Part shown: positions 63,788-64,000 of the stretch, one piece after another
How positions within the stretch are numbered: the stretch's first letter is position 1
Layout: every line of letters starts with the position of its first letter
Source of the DNA: an uncultured Candidatus Binatia bacterium
GTDB taxonomy: Bacteria > Desulfobacterota > Binatia > Bin18
Assembly: GCA_965214605.1 (NCBI GenBank)
Contig: OZ243961.1
Span: forward strand, 1,440,001 to 1,504,000
Length of the DNA stretch: 64,000 bases
Direction of reading: 5' to 3'
The notes under the pieces: model-generated
Database searches by the model: none
What the model saw: only the letters and a program-made list of their open reading frames with translations
What the model was told of the DNA's origin: nothing
Position numbers and translations under genes: made by a program

Positions 63788-64000
63788 ATGGCCAAATGGC
63801 CGTACATCTTCCGTGTCTATCAAGCAGAGCCGCTCGTCCAACGTCCGGCCGGATCAACGGGAAAACAGGGGGTGTGTCACTTAACGTTCATCGTCCAGTC
63901 GGACAAAACACGGCTGCGCCATGCCCTTGTTTCGCATCCGTTTCACTGCACCCATCCGTGGTACTTAGATCCGGCCGTGCCGGGCATGGCCGTGCTGTAC
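63788..64000 (+). CDS. ureD: Urease accessory protein UreD (5' part, runs off the window)
   Basis: Manual translation MAKWPYIFRVYQAEPLVQRPAGSTGKQGVCHLTFIVQSDKTRLRHALVSHPFHCTHPWYLDPAVPGMAVLY; UreD-like N-terminus directly after ureG. Confidence 0.7.
   Translation, partial: MAKWPYIFRVYQAEPLVQRPAGSTGKQGVCHLTFIVQSDKTRLRHALVSHPFHCTHPWYLDPAVPGMAVLY

Overview
Bacterial chromosomal window from a GC-rich diderm; the gene content is reminiscent of Deltaproteobacteria/Binatia-like genomes, but this is an unverified impression. The left part (1-35 kb) holds accessory catabolic and redox genes (MFS, amidohydrolases, LLM monooxygenase, CoA transferase, carotenoid oxygenase, molybdopterin oxidoreductase, S9 peptidase, SDR) plus three unusual fusions: EndoQ-UvrD, PLP aminotransferase-MurF-like, and CNNM/CorC-glutaredoxin. 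It also has an output-less FIST sensor cluster. The right part (35-64 kb) is a nitrogen-scavenging region: S1 paralog-glnE-ferritin-like gene, porin-glnK-amt, a GAF histidine kinase with a sigma54 response regulator, and a urease locus whose structural genes are split between two divergent operons (porin-urtABCDE-ureA-ureC versus ureB-ureG-ureD). I found three sigma54 -24/-12 promoters and two pairs of NtrC-like TGYCY-N7-RRRCA boxes by eye. Several long intergenic gaps hold decayed pseudogenes that the ORF track does not resolve: a DUF4143 ATPase, manC/algA, a ferritin-like gene and a BsuBI/PstI restriction endonuclease. I saw no rRNA, tRNA, CRISPR array or intact transposase. All family assignments come from motif recognition, not database searches.
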